Assembly (NCBI GenBank): GCA_009103225.1
Contig: RHPI01001116.1
Location: 416,067 to 480,066, forward strand
Source: Chlorokybus atmophyticus
Lineage: Eukaryota > Plantae > Mesostigma and Chlorokybus algae
Length of the DNA stretch: 64,000 nucleotides
Direction of reading: 5' to 3'
The first letter of the stretch is position 1; every line of letters begins with the position of its first letter. Shown here piece after piece: positions 23,257 to 36,289 of this stretch. Made by a program: the position numbers and the translations under genes. A model generated the notes under the pieces. That model saw only the letters and a program-made list of their open reading frames with translations. It was not told where the DNA came from and made no database searches.

Positions 23257-25495
23257 ATGGCGAAGTGGGTGCAGAACCAGCAGAAACAAGTCTCGGACAG
23301 GGTCCAGACCTGGCTTTCCAAACAGCCGCCTGCTATAGAGGCATGTTTGCATGTCGTTTTCTTGTAGGTTTTCCGTACTTGCATAATGCAGGCATTGCAT
23401 ACAAACACACAGTTTCACTCGCTACAACTTGGTCGGCTTACCAAGAGGCATTGCTACTGCATGCAAGAGCTGATTAGAGAGTCGTGTCTGGCACATTGTG
23501 AATATCAACCAGTTTATGTCCTTGTATCTACCACTGTTTCACTATGCAGCGTGCATTCATGAAGAAGCAAGGTTCCTTTCTTCTTGCTTTGCAAAGCGGA
23601 CAGTGTGCGCCTGCTTGGTTCGCGATTTGCATGCACAACGTCGTCATGCACTGCGTCATGGCCCATGCAACCATCACAAAAGCACGAAAGCTGGAACCAA
23701 TTGCTACTTGCAACCAGTCATAGGCGCCAAGCGGCATTCTTTATTAGCTGCTTGGCAAAAGGCTGCATCCCTGCAAATGCGATTGAGCTTGACTGGTGAA
23801 GAGCGCAACCTTTGGTTGCAATCTACAACTGGCAACGCAGCGTGGTTCTACGTGCATGCAGTTGTGCAGTTGTGCTCGTGTGAAGACACTTGCATGGTGT
23901 TCTTTACACACCTGCGTGTGTCATACAGGTGGCGGTGCTGACTGGAGCAGCGGCGCTTCAGGGTGGTGTGATGGGGGGTTTCATGGGCAGCGTCTACTCA
24001 GACATGGCTCCCAAGCCAGGCGCTCCCGGCGCCACCACGGCTACCGCTACAGCTGCCGGCATGCCAGGCATGCCGGGCAGCACAAATCCCTTTGGCAGCC
24101 TAACAGCTCCTGAGGTACACATGATTATTAATCATGCGCGTATCGGTTTTAGCAACCACTTCTTGTCCGCATGCCTTGTATGCAGCACTGTGTTTGCCTG
24201 ACCTGCACTGCAATCCCCCTCTCTTATCTGAAGGTATTCAATCTTGCATGCAACGTTGCATTACAAGAGTAGTGTTGCACATGTGGCTGGTACTGTTGCA
24301 TCCATTAGTGTCAGGAGAAAGGCAAGTGCCACAATAGAGGATGGGTGTTTCTATCGTATTAACGTTTTCGAAACAGGTCTTCATAGTGTAGCATGTTGAG
24401 TGTTATTGCATTTGCAACAGGCGAGATTGCATGCAGTGCTCATTGTAATCTTTTTGTGGGCAGGGGGGTCAATCAGCAATGTTTACTGGTGGGCCGTTTG
24501 TGCAAGCGCGTAATTTTGCAGTCATGGCGGCCTCGAATGCACTCATCTCCAACGTATTGAAAAAGAAAGGGGTCAAAGAAGAGCACACACAGTAAGTGAC
24601 ATTTGCCCCATGTGCCGGTAGTAGTGCGTGCGTGCACGCCACAGACACCCGTTTAATCTTTGGTATTTGAGGTGTTGCGCAGTACGCCAATGTTGTAAAC
24701 ACATTGACAGCGTCATCAAACATGTCCAGCAGCGCGTGTGTTGAGTGGGCTAGTTAGCCTAGTATTCACTTGCACTGTTGAGATGACGTTGTCTGTGTCT
24801 TTAGTCTTAACTTGCACTGATCCTGCCTTAGGATGGCTGCATCGTTTGGCTCTGGTGCCGCCTTTGCCCTCCTGTCGCCCATGCCCGGCACCAATCGCTT
24901 TGTTGGCGCCATCTCCACGGGCCTTTCATTTGCGTTGCTGCAAGCTGCTTTCACAAAGGTGGCTACTTCAGCAGCGAGTCTGGGACGGTATGGTGTGAAA
25001 AGGACAGCATTGTGCTGACTGTAGATGGCTTGCAGGTGATGACTGCGTGGGGTCCCAAGAAGCCACAGCCAGAAACTAACTACCTCAAAACAAAGGGCAT
25101 GCTGCAGGTAGGTTGCTCAGCATAGCGTTTGGAATTTGATTGAACATCTTTCCGCACAGCATCTACCTTAATGCCTGCTTTTCGCCTCATTGTTGCAGTT
25201 GTGCTGACATGCACATGTGTCTCGCGCAGAATCTGGGCTTGGAAAGGTACGAAAAGAATTTCAAGAAAGGGGAGCTGAATGACTCAGTGCTACCACTGCT
25301 TACAGACAGGTACGCACTGTCGTTTAATTGTGTGCAGAGCCAAGTTGGCGGTGGGTCACCGTATCAACACTTACTGGATGCTTGTCATGGAGTAGTGCAT
25401 TGAAAGACGCTCAAATACCTCCGGGTCCGAGGTTGCTGATTTTGAGTCACATAAACCAGAAGCCAGGTTCAAGCACAGCTGCTGCTGCATCTTAG
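23257..25495 (+). CDS. HP30: Tim17/22/23 (PRAT) family transporter with C-terminal SAM domain, HP30-like
   Basis: MAKWVQ...WLSKQPPAIE|VAVLTGAAALQGGVMGGFMG...GGPFVQARNFAVMAASNALISNVLKK...MAASFGSGAAFALLS...NLGLERYEKNFKKGELNDSVLPLLTD|SALKDAQIPPGPRLLILSHI...*. Confidence 0.9.
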
Positions 25496-26358
25496 CCACA
25501 GCAGTACAGTTTTGGTTGGTAGCATTGCGGCGATAAGGTAGAGACTACTACCTCGTTGATTGCTAGTAATTGTGCACTTGGCAGAGCGCCAAACAGGCAA
25601 CAATGCACATGCACGCAGAGAACTGCTGCAAATGTATGTACCGTGTATTACCCCTTCCCCTCACCTTTCTGTGCCGTGTTAGAACACATGTGCTTTGCGT
25701 CAGCCCATGGCGCCTGGGGTTACGCCACCTCAGGGTGCCTGGTGTTCAAAAGATTTTATGCCTCATATATGAACTCTAGTCATAGAATGCCCGCCGTGGG
25801 GTGGTCAGTTCGGTGCTTCACTGGGATAGCCCGGGTACATAACTCCCCCAGGCAGTTTCACTTCTGCACTGCCGTTTTGCAGGCTGTGCTCAGTTAAGTC
25901 GTATGAGTTCATGGGTAAGCGTATACTCCAGAAAGTGTTTGCAGTTCTGTGGCGCAAACAATGTGCTCACCCAGCTTATCTGTGGGTGCAGATTAGCTTC
26001 CATAAACACTGCCTGCCTCACTTACGCTACATCAGTACATGTTCTAGTCACCAGTAATGGGCACAGCAGCAACATTTATCAACGTCTTCTGCACAATACC
26101 GATTGCAACTTCTGACAGCCTGGTAAATGAACCGCCCGACATGTGGCTCAACAACAGGAGGCCAGTCCGTCCCGCTGTGGTCATGGGAGCATACTGAAGG
26201 TGATGATCAGAAACAATCGCCATACCAATGCTGATAGAACTCGGCCGCAACACAGCTAAAACAACGGACCAGATGCTGCACTGGCAAAATCAAAAGACTG
26301 CGAATTGCCACCAAAATTGCTGTCACAATCCAATAGCATCTGGTTTCACACCATACCT

Positions 26359-28415
26359 TTATTGCAACGAGTTGACAAAAAGAACTACAACGACCGTAAC
26401 GCCAATAATCACAGGAATGGCGCTGACGATGTACAAAAATCCGTAACCCTGCAATGGACAGCATTCAGGCAATGATAAACACTCAAACAGCATATAACAG
26501 TGCAAGAGCAGAAAAGTCTAGGTTGATAGCACATTTAGGTTCAAAACCAATCAACCAAAATATGTTAGTTGGGGTGAAGCTCAGCACACTCACCAGCCAA
26601 GGTGGCAGCTTTGCCTCCAGCCCAGGCTCTTTCTCCTCTTCGTCATTGTCAACGTCCAGATCGGGATCGTAGTTGGCATCACCTGCGCGTTCCCGATCTC
26701 GCTTGCGCTGTTGCATCTCCTTTGCTTCGTTTGCTCGCCTTGATCGCTCCGCCACTGTCAACAATGAATGTACTTGAGCAAACGCACTCATCCATTCTTC
26801 CATAACATAACCATAAAACAGACATGCGGAGTTCATGCAGAGGCAGAATCACACAGTACTAACTATAGCAACGGATGAAGCACAACATGACATGAGGCTT
26901 TTGATTGCTGCTGGTGCTGGGTAAGCAATTGTGCGCATGGTTGCTTAATGTGACTGTCATATTGAAGAACATAGACTCAACCTCTTGACCTGATGTGGTG
27001 AACAGGCAGTTCGCAACAAAGCAATGCTTACAACCGGTATGCTGCAAGCCAGGGACACCACATCGTTGTGCAAACAGCCACTGTTGTCAAGTGAGCACCC
27101 CGATGCTTTACCTGAAAGCCCTGTGCTGGTGACCTCCGCATATGGCGATTGAACCTCCTCATCCGCTGGAGCCTCTTGCTGCGTAACACACCAAGCAAGT
27201 CAGCGGCTGATGCACAAGCGTGTAGCTCCCGTATTGCAACACGATGCTCACAGCGTACGTCAAGCCCGGGCCAATTGAGCAACTCATCCGCAAGCAAGCG
27301 AAGCGCCGCTCTGTCTTGCGGTGTCTTGCCTTCCTTGACCTACAACTCAACAATTAACCAACGAGTGCAAAGCACGCTGTTGGCGAGTTATTGCAGTATG
27401 TAGTCAGTATACAACCAATTGGGTACTTACCTCCATCAGAGCCGCCGCAAGCTCATCTCTCGACACCCCACTTTCATTCTCAATACCCAACCGTTCCCGC
27501 CTTTCTGTGTCGCGAGGGTCCTCAATCATGATGGTCAAGCGCACCTGTATACCAAAGGAATGTAATGTTGAGCTGAAGCTCACATCAAGCTCCAGTCATT
27601 TGCGCGTGTGTATTAGGCTGCATGTTGCCCTACCTCGTTGAACGGCATGTCACGTTTGTCCCTGAGCATATCAAGGGTCTGTGCACACCAATGGTAAGCT
27701 CAGCGGGCAATTACAAACAATGCACTTGGAGATGAGTGTTCAGCATGCTGAGACATCCATGCAAACACACACAAGGTGTCTTTATAGTAAGGCTGCAGCT
27801 ATGTGCAGCTAGCATGGATGCAACATCAAGTTGATGATTGATTGGGACCAACCCTTGTGGCTAAACAAGACCTGACTCAAATTGAAGCAACGTATTACGC
27901 AGCCTGCCGTGCAGCGCTCTGATAGCAACAAACAAACACAAGCTGCTGTGTTATGTGGCCCAGCGCAAACCACGCTAAACCTAACAGTTCACTTGTATGC
28001 CAGCCTTAGCATGAGCTCGGTGGCAGCTTCGTGCAGCCATGCACAATACACTCCCACTGACCTGCTTAATCTGCTCAACCAGCCGCTTGTCCTCGGCAGC
28101 TGCGTCATCCGTTGCAGAGGGGGAGGAGGACGATGCGGCGGCGGGCTCAGCTCGCACGACATGCATGAAACTCCGCCTGCCCATCAGCAGTTGCTGGTGC
28201 AGTTGCTGGTGCTGGTGCTGGTGCTGGTGCTGGTGCTGCCTTGACCTCAGCCGTAAGCTCAACTTAAGAGTGGCTGTGCCTGCAGCCGGAACCGCCCCAT
28301 GCCTGGCGCTTGAGGTGGGGTATTTTCTGCTAACAGACGCACCCTGCATGCACGGCCTGGTGGGCAGGCATAGCGACGTCGACGACATCGCCGCCGCCGC
28401 CGTCGCCGCCTCCAT
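26359..28415 (-). CDS. Y3IP1: Ycf3-interacting protein 1 (photosystem I assembly factor) with transit peptide
   Basis: TLDMLRDKRDMPFNE|VRLTIMIEDPRDTERRERLGIENESGVSRDELAAALME|VKEGKTPQDRAALRLLADELLNWPGLD...; C-terminal TM GYGFLYIVSAIPVIIGVTVVVVLFVNSLQ*. Confidence 0.9.
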
Positions 28416-28974
28416 GGCTATCCACAAAGCTGACCAGTGAGCACCCTGCCCTCCTTACAAGCGAAACACTTTCGCGCGTATACGAATGTACCCTAACATG
28501 ACGGATTGCTTCGAGTCATTGCGGGCCAACATTTGCAGGTCCATTTTCGATTTGGGATAGTTGAGTCCATTGTAATGCCCCGGTGGGCAAGTTAGCATTA
28601 GTGAGCCACAAACACAGACTCTCGCAGATGCGCAGGCAACGTCTCTATTACTGTTGAAGGCTGTAAACACGCATGGGTGGTTTTAGACTGTTGGTGTTAT
28701 GTGATCATGGACAATCATAATTGATTACTATCTCAAAGGGCTTTGACAAAGTGGTATCGATATCATTTCGTGCTACAAACAATAGTACACTTGTTGACAT
28801 TATATCAATGCTTGTGTCAGCATCATCATGGTGACAAGGTCTTCATGTTTCAAGCAACAATTTTGTATTCAGATTATTACACGAAAAATTCATCATAAAC
28901 CTTTACCTTGCGATGAATACAAATATGATACTTCTGAGCTATGCTATGACTTTGTTGGCTTCATTCACAATATG

Positions 28975-30050
28975 TTAGGAGGCCGAGCATTTCGTAAAGA
29001 CGCAAGGGGAGGCCGGGAAAACCTGCGGGGACGGAGAGAGGGAGGTGTGCACAAAAGATGCAAGGTGCATCACACGCATGCAAGGCACACCGCACTCACA
29101 TGCCATATGCCAACTCAGCACACCGCATCCGTGCTTCACATACAACACCGCCGAGCTATATGCTTTCCCACTCCTACTGTTACGCTACTCACTAAGCACG
29201 ACACTCACTATCCCCCTACCCCGTTAGACATGCACGCATGGCAATTCACACAGTCTTTACCTGCACGCATGTGCACGTAGTCAGTCTTCAACGTTTTTGC
29301 AGCAGCCAGCAGCATGAGCACCAGACGGACTCCCACCCTTACTCCCGCCGTCCCCTGGCAGTTCTGCTGCGTGAAACCCTCGTCCAGGGACCCTCTGCCC
29401 CGCCCCTCTGCCCCTGTGTGTTGGAGTGTGGGGGGGGGGGGGGGGGGGGGNNNNNNNNNNNNNNNNNNNNNNNNNNNNNNNNNNNNNNNNNNNNNNNNNN
29501 NNNNNNNNNNNNNNGGGGGGGGGGGGGGGGGGGGGATTTGATGTTAGCCCGATGGAATGCATGAGGTGGCTTGCTGTGTGCTTTGCATGCATGCATGCTG
29601 GCAGACTTGTGCTGCCTGCCTAAGCCGGTGTAGGCGATGGGCTTCAACTGATTGCAAGCGAGCCATGACCGTGCATGTGCGTGTACATGACGAGAGAGAG
29701 TCAGTACCGAGCTGTGTGACTGCAACAACAATGAAGGGATGAACCAAACAGCATCATGCACGGCGACAGCGAAGAGCGAAGAAGCAGTCACAGAAAAGAC
29801 AGCACGATGACAGTCATTGCAGCAGCAACCAACGCCTCTCTACGGGTGACGCTGTTATGGCTGTGGTTGTGGCTATTGTTAGCGTCGTCGGTGTTGGCAT
29901 CGGCTGCTGCATGCACGGGGAGGTGGTTGAGCTGCGGTTGAATGCTGCTGCTGCTGCTGCTGCTCGATGGGAAGCGGTGCACACTTGTCACTGGGACGGT
30001 GGCCACGTAGGCGGCGACTCTGGCACTGGCGTTTGCACGCTGCGAGGACA
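28975..30050 (-). CDS. Small putative plastid/thylakoid protein of unknown function (5' end unresolved)
   Basis: A Ser-rich transit-peptide-like stretch with a twin-Arg motif (TRREALVAAAM). Phase-consistent 3' exons give LKPIAYTGL|GAEGRGRGSLDEGFTQQNCQGTAG|VFPASPCVFTKCSAS*. No in-frame ATG was found before the transit-like region. Confidence 0.4.
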
Positions 30051-30058
30051 CTGGCCCA

Positions 30059-30111
30059 GGCTCAGGCCAGGCCGGCCCTTAACCTGGCTAAGAGCCGGCC
30101 TGGCCTGAGCC
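30059..30111. repeat. GC-rich hairpin, 18-bp perfect arms, 17-nt loop
   Basis: ggctcaggccaggccggc-ccttaacctggctaaga-gccggcctggcctgagcc. Confidence 0.9.
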
Positions 30112-30626
30112 AGATTGGCCTTGGGCTTGAGTCGATGTCACCCAAAGCCCCCCCCCCCTCCCTCCAGCATGCGCATGCCGTGTGGGTCACACTCATGGTG
30201 CATTTGGGGAGAGTTGATCCATGGCCATCAATGCTGTTTTCTGCCACAGCCTTGCCCTGCAAGCAACAGCAGTAGTGTGACAGGCGGGCATGCGTGCGTG
30301 CTTGTAAGGTACGAGAGCGTTCATTATTACGCTGACGTACATCACATATTGCGTGTAGATTGTGTATGCCAGCGCAGAATGTACACCAACATACAATGTA
30401 CAGGATACGCTGTACATGTATGTACTCTTCTGCGATAGGCCATACTGTTGCATGCCTGGGATCAGAAAGGGTGATGAGCAGCGGTGTCGTTGTTGTTACT
30501 CGGGGCCCAATCAGGGTTAGCTAGCAAGGAGCAAGAAGCTTGAGACCTTGCTTGTATGTTGTTGCATGCGGAATCCCACGACAACCATCACAACAATACT
30601 GGCCACACACAGCACCGTTGACAACC

Positions 30627-32257
30627 ATGACGTCGTTCTCAGCAAGGGCAGGGCAAAGAAAGGCCGGCCGGCAGAAGTTGTGGCCGCTGCTGAGAGGGCT
30701 GATAACGACGCTGCGGCAAGAGACGTGCAACACAATCAGCCTGCAAAGTAAGACAGCCATTGTATGTGGGTGTAGGTGTTGGTGTGGGTAAATGTGTGTG
30801 TGTCGTGTCTCAGCAATCTACCATTCTGCTGTTGCTTACATGTGCACGGCAAGCTTCCTCCCTATCCCAGGCACAGGTATCGGGTGGTGGCGTGTGCTCC
30901 AGCTTCTTTTTCTCAAATATGTCTGCGTGTTTGCCTACACTCGCGGCCTATACGAGGCCGACGCTGCGGCTCAGCAGTCAGAGCCCGAAGTGAACGCGGC
31001 TTGCGTGGAAGCTGCGCCCAAATGTGATGTCAATGCAGAAGCAAACACGGGTAAAGGGGCTGTGGTGGTGGCTGTTGTCGTGCCGGTGTATGTGAGGGAT
31101 GAGAGTGACGCCAGGAGCGTGGTGGGCTTGCTGGAGGCGTTGACACAGCAAGTAAGAGGAGTGAGTTCAGTGACGTGCATGCGCACTTGCTCACTCACGC
31201 AATCGGGCAAACACACAGAGATACACATGCACGCGTACACACAGACACCTGCACGCACTCTCTCGCTCGCAAGATTGACGCTAACAACGTACCAACTCAC
31301 CACTTCAACCCTGCACAGACTCTGCAGCCGTCCGTCATCGTGCTCGTCGACGACGCATCTCCGCTGCGTTGGTGGGAGCGCAACGGCGTGACCCTCACCG
31401 ATCCCAACAACAACGATGTGGTGTTACTGTTTCACACACGCAACCGTGGCCCGGCCGCAGCACGCAACAGTGGTCTCATGCGTGCACGAGACGAGCAGGG
31501 CGCATCCATTGTGTGTTTCACGGATGTGGACTGACCGCCCGCAGCGGTAAAACAACAGCATGTCGTGTTGGATTTGCCACGCACATGCTGTTGTTGTTGT
31601 ACATGTTGTTGTACATGTTAGTTGTGGGAGCAAAGGTGACAACAATGACAAGTCTCAACCCAACCACAGTGGCTGGGTGGAGGCCATCATGGCTGCGCAC
31701 TTGCACAACAAGCAAACAGACAGAGTGGTCATTGCTGGCATGACCGTCTCGTCTAGAAACTCCATCATTGGCGGGTACCACGACTTCTATGGGACACTCA
31801 ACGCGAGGTATGTTGGGTATGTTGGACACCCACAATTCGATATTGTTGTGGATATGTGGTGTTGAGTTGCATGCACTACTGTACCTACAACCCAACATGC
31901 AGGACGGACCCGTTCGCCAACAACACCATCCTCTACGGCCCAACATGCAACCTCTCTATATCCCTCCCTCCCCACATCCACTCTCTCCCCCTCTTTGACG
32001 AGCGTTACCGCGAGGCGTCCTGGGAGGACATTGAGTGGTGCGTGCGCTTGCGTGTGCACGGCGGGTACACCATAGCGTTTTGTGTTCATGCGGTCGTCGA
32101 GCACGAGTTTCATGCGTCTGTTACGGGGTTATACTACATGTTTCGCAAGTATGGAAGATGGCAGGAGATCACCTTTGACATGCATCCGGGCTTAAGGGAG
32201 GAGTTTGGGCGGTCACAACATGTGATGTTGGTGTTGGATCAGATCAGAAGAGAGTGA
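30627..32257 (+). pseudogene. Glycosyltransferase family 2 (GT-A) gene with a 1-nt frameshift at the DxD motif (pseudogene or assembly error)
   Basis: VAVVVPVYVRD...IVLVDDASP...NRGPAAARNSGL...VCFTDVD, then TGA. Deleting the A at 31534 gives DVDCRPQR|GWVEAIM, in phase with the next exon; the protein continues YHDFYGTLNAR|...LYGPTCNLS...LFDERYREASWEDIEWCVRL. Confidence 0.8.
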
Positions 32258-33690
32258 TGCGAGCGTGAGTACGTGTGAGTGTTGATGTTGGGCGACCCTT
32301 CCTGCGCACGTGCAGGCTGTTTGTTGGTTAAGTGTGCGTCTGTTGGAACAAGTGCAACACACTGGCACAGTAAGGTTGTAGACAAATCTGCAATGCTGCT
32401 GCAGCTGTTGGGTGAGCACAGCATTCGGTATATCTTTTACAATGGTCCTGACAAGACAAATTTGCAAACATGTGCACATAGCTGTGGTCTTGCATTGTCC
32501 CTGCTATGATAAAGTCCTTGCCGTGCATGTGCTTGTGCTTGTGCTTTGCCTTGTGAGCTTAGTTAGCCTTGTGCTAATGCTTTGCTGAGTTTCTCGGCGC
32601 TTGCATGCACACGACATGCATATAGTACCTTTCATGCAAGCCCGCTATGCATAGGCTTTAACAACGTGTGCATTGAAGCACGGTGGTTGTTTGTGTATAG
32701 GATATGCGCGGTGCATTCAAAAACATGCATGCTGTGGGGATGTGCACGAAGCGTGCTTGCGCGAACAATTCATTGGGTCCACCATCATGGTTCTCACCTT
32801 ATCAGCTGCTACTTTCTAGGTGGCTTTGCCTTGGGAAGTAACACTGCGCAACCTTATGCGCTGTTACATTGCTATGAATTACACACAAGAGCTGCGCACA
32901 GCAAACTCCGAAGCATATATCAAAAGAAGGCAACTGTGCAAGCAGCAAGGACCCAAGCAATTAAGTGGAGGCCAAGACAGAGTTACACCTACTCAACACC
33001 GCTAGCATCTAGACAACACTCAAGGCAGTGGCAGCAGCAGTAGCAGAAGCACGATGTACCACCTGCGGTGTGTAGGGAGCATATGCAAAGACAGTGGCAA
33101 GACTGTTGAAGTAATGAACACCAGGCATGCCTATGTTATGACGGCTTGGGTGACATGGCCTGGTCGGCAATGAGCAATTGCGGCCATGTCTTCAGTTGCA
33201 AGCTGGCCACCACCGTAACCTATCCATATGACTACGCTGGCACATGAGCATTTGTCCTTCAAAGTGACTTTATACAGTTCCTACTGGCATCTTTTGTGCA
33301 TTGCAATGCTCTTGGTGCGGAGCTTGCAAGCTTGCGCGCTTCGTTGGGTGGTAGTTACTGCGGATAGGGTGAGAATGTGCCAGTCATAGATCCAGAGCAC
33401 TGCACCACTTCTCCCGATCCCCGATTACATCGTATCAGCATGTGTGACATAATAGTTGCCCAGCTCCGTGACATTGAGAAGACAGACTTGAACTTGTGAA
33501 AAACAAGTTCATGGAACAACTATTTACAGCAGCAGTTCAGTTACTGTACAACGGCCATGGACCCAACAACTCGGATGGATCCAAGCGTACCACCCCAGCT
33601 GACAGATGATGCTAACCCTATGTGCCTCCTTACCATCCTCTGATCGAAGCAGCATGATATCTAACCCCAAATCTGCCTACTACCAGCAAC

Positions 33691-35300
33691 TCAATACATC
33701 AACTTCGCACTAGCTTTTTTGCCGAGAGCCTTTTCATACACAACCTCATCCTCCAGTGCACGACGCTGCTGGCGCTTGGCACGCCGACCTTGTCCGCTGC
33801 CCTGGCCGTTGTTATTGTTGCTGCTGCTGCTGGTGCTGCTGCTGCCAGTCGTACTAGAAGCTGGTGCCTTACCCTTGGTAGTGGCTGCGGACCGCGGCTT
33901 GCACGCAGTGGATGAAGCTTTGACTGCTTCAACTGTTGGCCGAGCGGTTATGCGGCCGGCACGCACATACCCGTGCTCGCCCCAGCGCCGGTTGCCCAAC
34001 ACGCGGTGCGACATGTATTCCTCTTGCTCGTCCTCTTCATAGTAGTCCTCGTAATCATACTCGTCTATGCCTACAGAGCCCTGAAGCTGCGCGTCTCTCC
34101 CGCAGTACCACTTTGCCCTTAGAAGAAGGCAGACACTCTCCTCCATCAGCAAGTCATGGAAGCTGCAATCGGCACAAAGTGCCATGTACGTGAGAACACC
34201 AGCACACATGCGGCAACAGCAGTATGCACATGACACACACCTGCCATCGAGGGAGCGGTAAGTGTACAGAAAGGAGAAAGGAGTCTTGCACTGGGGACAC
34301 CAAACGTCCCCTTTGCAACGCTCCGCCCATTTGAGGATGCAATGCGCACTGTTAACAATGCACATGTCAGCAAAGTTACGGGTTGCCAGTTAGCAGGTAG
34401 CCCACTTAGCAGGTAGTTTTTTTTTGCGCAAGACCATAGCAACCAACTCCACATACCAGTATGCATGCTCACAGCCCTTCACAACTGCGGTGTCCTCAGG
34501 AGCAATCTGGTGAATGCAGATGGCACAAAGCCAGTTCTCATTCTCAGAAGCTACAGCCTGGGTGCCTGCAAGAGCGACCTGCACGTGCAAAGGTTGGAAA
34601 CTTGGGTCTACTTCACTCAACTGCACTCATCCAGCAATATGTCGAACAGCTGCCCACCTGAAGAGCACTGTCATCTGGGTCATCAGGGTCAGGTTCGTCG
34701 ACTTGCTTGCCATGGCGTTTGGGAATGACTGGAGTCGCAACTTCTAGATGGTCTTCCCATGATGCTTGCACTGCAGCATCATCGGTATGGACTGACAGTT
34801 GCATGTGTTGCACCAGGACTGCAACATCGTTGACATCCTGCAGACCGACACAGATCAGCCACATGCAGGACTGGAACGCTGCACTGCGTCCGTAAATATC
34901 TAGCAACAACCGAAGACGAATGATGCTCAACTCCAAATCATTTGTGCCATGGCATTAGTGCCATGGCTGTGCAACCAACAGCTCATGACCTAACTTTGTG
35001 TGTAGATACTGCTTTATGCTGCACGAGACAATCCCTTGCAGAACACGACTTGTGGGACATGATTACAACGAAGTGTCGCTATCCGCAGATCAACTCCGCA
35101 CCAGTTGCATAGCTGTGACCGACTAGGTCACTGCCAACCAAGAAAACCATCGACCAACACGTACACATGCTCAGACCGACAGGCAAGCTAGTGATCAGAC
35201 AATCATGAATTGAGATAGAAGCGGCTGACTTCTTGAAACATAAGCGTACCCCAAATCCAGGTGAGTTGAAAGGGTCGCTCACAACAAAACCAGACGCCAT
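33691..35300 (-). CDS. C3HC4 RING-finger protein (putative E3 ligase)
   Basis: CAICIHQIAPEDTAVVKGCEHAYC|AHCILKWAERCKGDVWCPQCK; followed by RSLDG|SFHDLLMEESVCLLLRAKWY and GNRRWGEHGYVRAGRITARP, motifs typical of a conserved plant RING family. Confidence 0.88.
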
Positions 35301-36182
35301 CCTTACGGAGTACGGTACGCTTAGCGCTGCCGCCGCCGCCTGACAGGGGGAACGACGATCCCGCGGCGGCGGCGGCGGCAACGCACCTGACCCTGCCCTC
35401 CCCTTCTCGCATGTGCCCACCGCAACCTCTTGGGCCACCCCCTTGTCCACCGTTGCCAGCCGCGCTCGCCAACACCTACACTACCACCAAACCCTAGCTC
35501 TGCTGCCGCCCGCTACCGGCCAGGCCCAAAACCCAAGCAATCCAAAGCGAGAACGAAGGGTCAGAAGCAGGTCAACGGAGAGGCAAACGCCCAGGTCTCT
35601 CCCGCCGCACTACTCCCCTCGCGAACGACACCTCCGATGCCGCCGCCCGCCTGGCGGACGTGTGACGAGTGACAGTACCTGTTAGTTACCTAACGACATT
35701 GATGGGTATCAGCTAACCAGGGAAACCTATTGGCATCACGTTACTGAGCGAAAGATCTGGTACACATAGCCATCACATAACGTGAAGCCCGGCTAGTCGA
35801 CACGCATCTTCGTGCTGGCGTGGACGTTGACAAACCGGGGTATCCGATCAGCGGGTGTGACCGCATATCCCGCGCACACGCTTGTGCGGTGTCCCGCACA
35901 AGCCCCAACAACTCTGCGGTTGGTAATTCAAAATCAAACCCAGCTACGAGCGAGGTTTCATCAGGGCCGCTCGATGCAAAGCGGTCATCCGACGGCTTCA
36001 ACGCGCCCACAATCAATCCGCAATTGCGGCCTCAGTTGCGCTGCCTGCATTTGGCTTCCGAGGGGGTACAGCTTTGTCACAACATTGGCGTCGTTTACAT
36101 TTTGCTTGTGCGAGAAGCTTTGGGTGAGAAAGAAGTGGTGTAGCGCAATTCATGTCCCAGGGGGTAGTGCAGCATGGTCTGA

Positions 36183-36191
36183 TTAGGGTTT
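36183..36191 (-). promoter_or_regulatory. Telo-box upstream of RPL15
   Basis: ttagggttt, about 100 bp before the RPL15 ATG. Confidence 0.6.
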
Positions 36192-36289
36192 TGCGGTAAG
36201 CGTGTCTGCTGGGCGGCGACAAGGGCGGTGCTGCCGGCGGCGTGTGTGGCGGCGTGGTTGGGGAGGTCGGGCGGGAGGAGTCCGGTGCA

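Noticed and set aside
22909-23259. Coding-like purine-rich frame upstream of HP30 broken only by TAG/TAA (also TAG at 5410), suggesting TAR=Gln recoding as in some ulvophytes
   Set aside because: Conserved genes here end at the expected positions with TAA (PSMB7, Y3IP1, IMPA9) or TAG (CFAP299, DUF4346, RPL15), and no conserved exon contains an internal TAR. HP30 homologues have short N-termini, so this is 5' UTR.
31532-31534. In-frame TGA at the Cys position of the GT2 DxDC motif, suggesting selenocysteine
   Set aside because: Reading through the TGA ends the exon in phase 0, but the next exon needs phase 2. A 1-nt insertion explains both the stop and the phase, and no SECIS was recognised.
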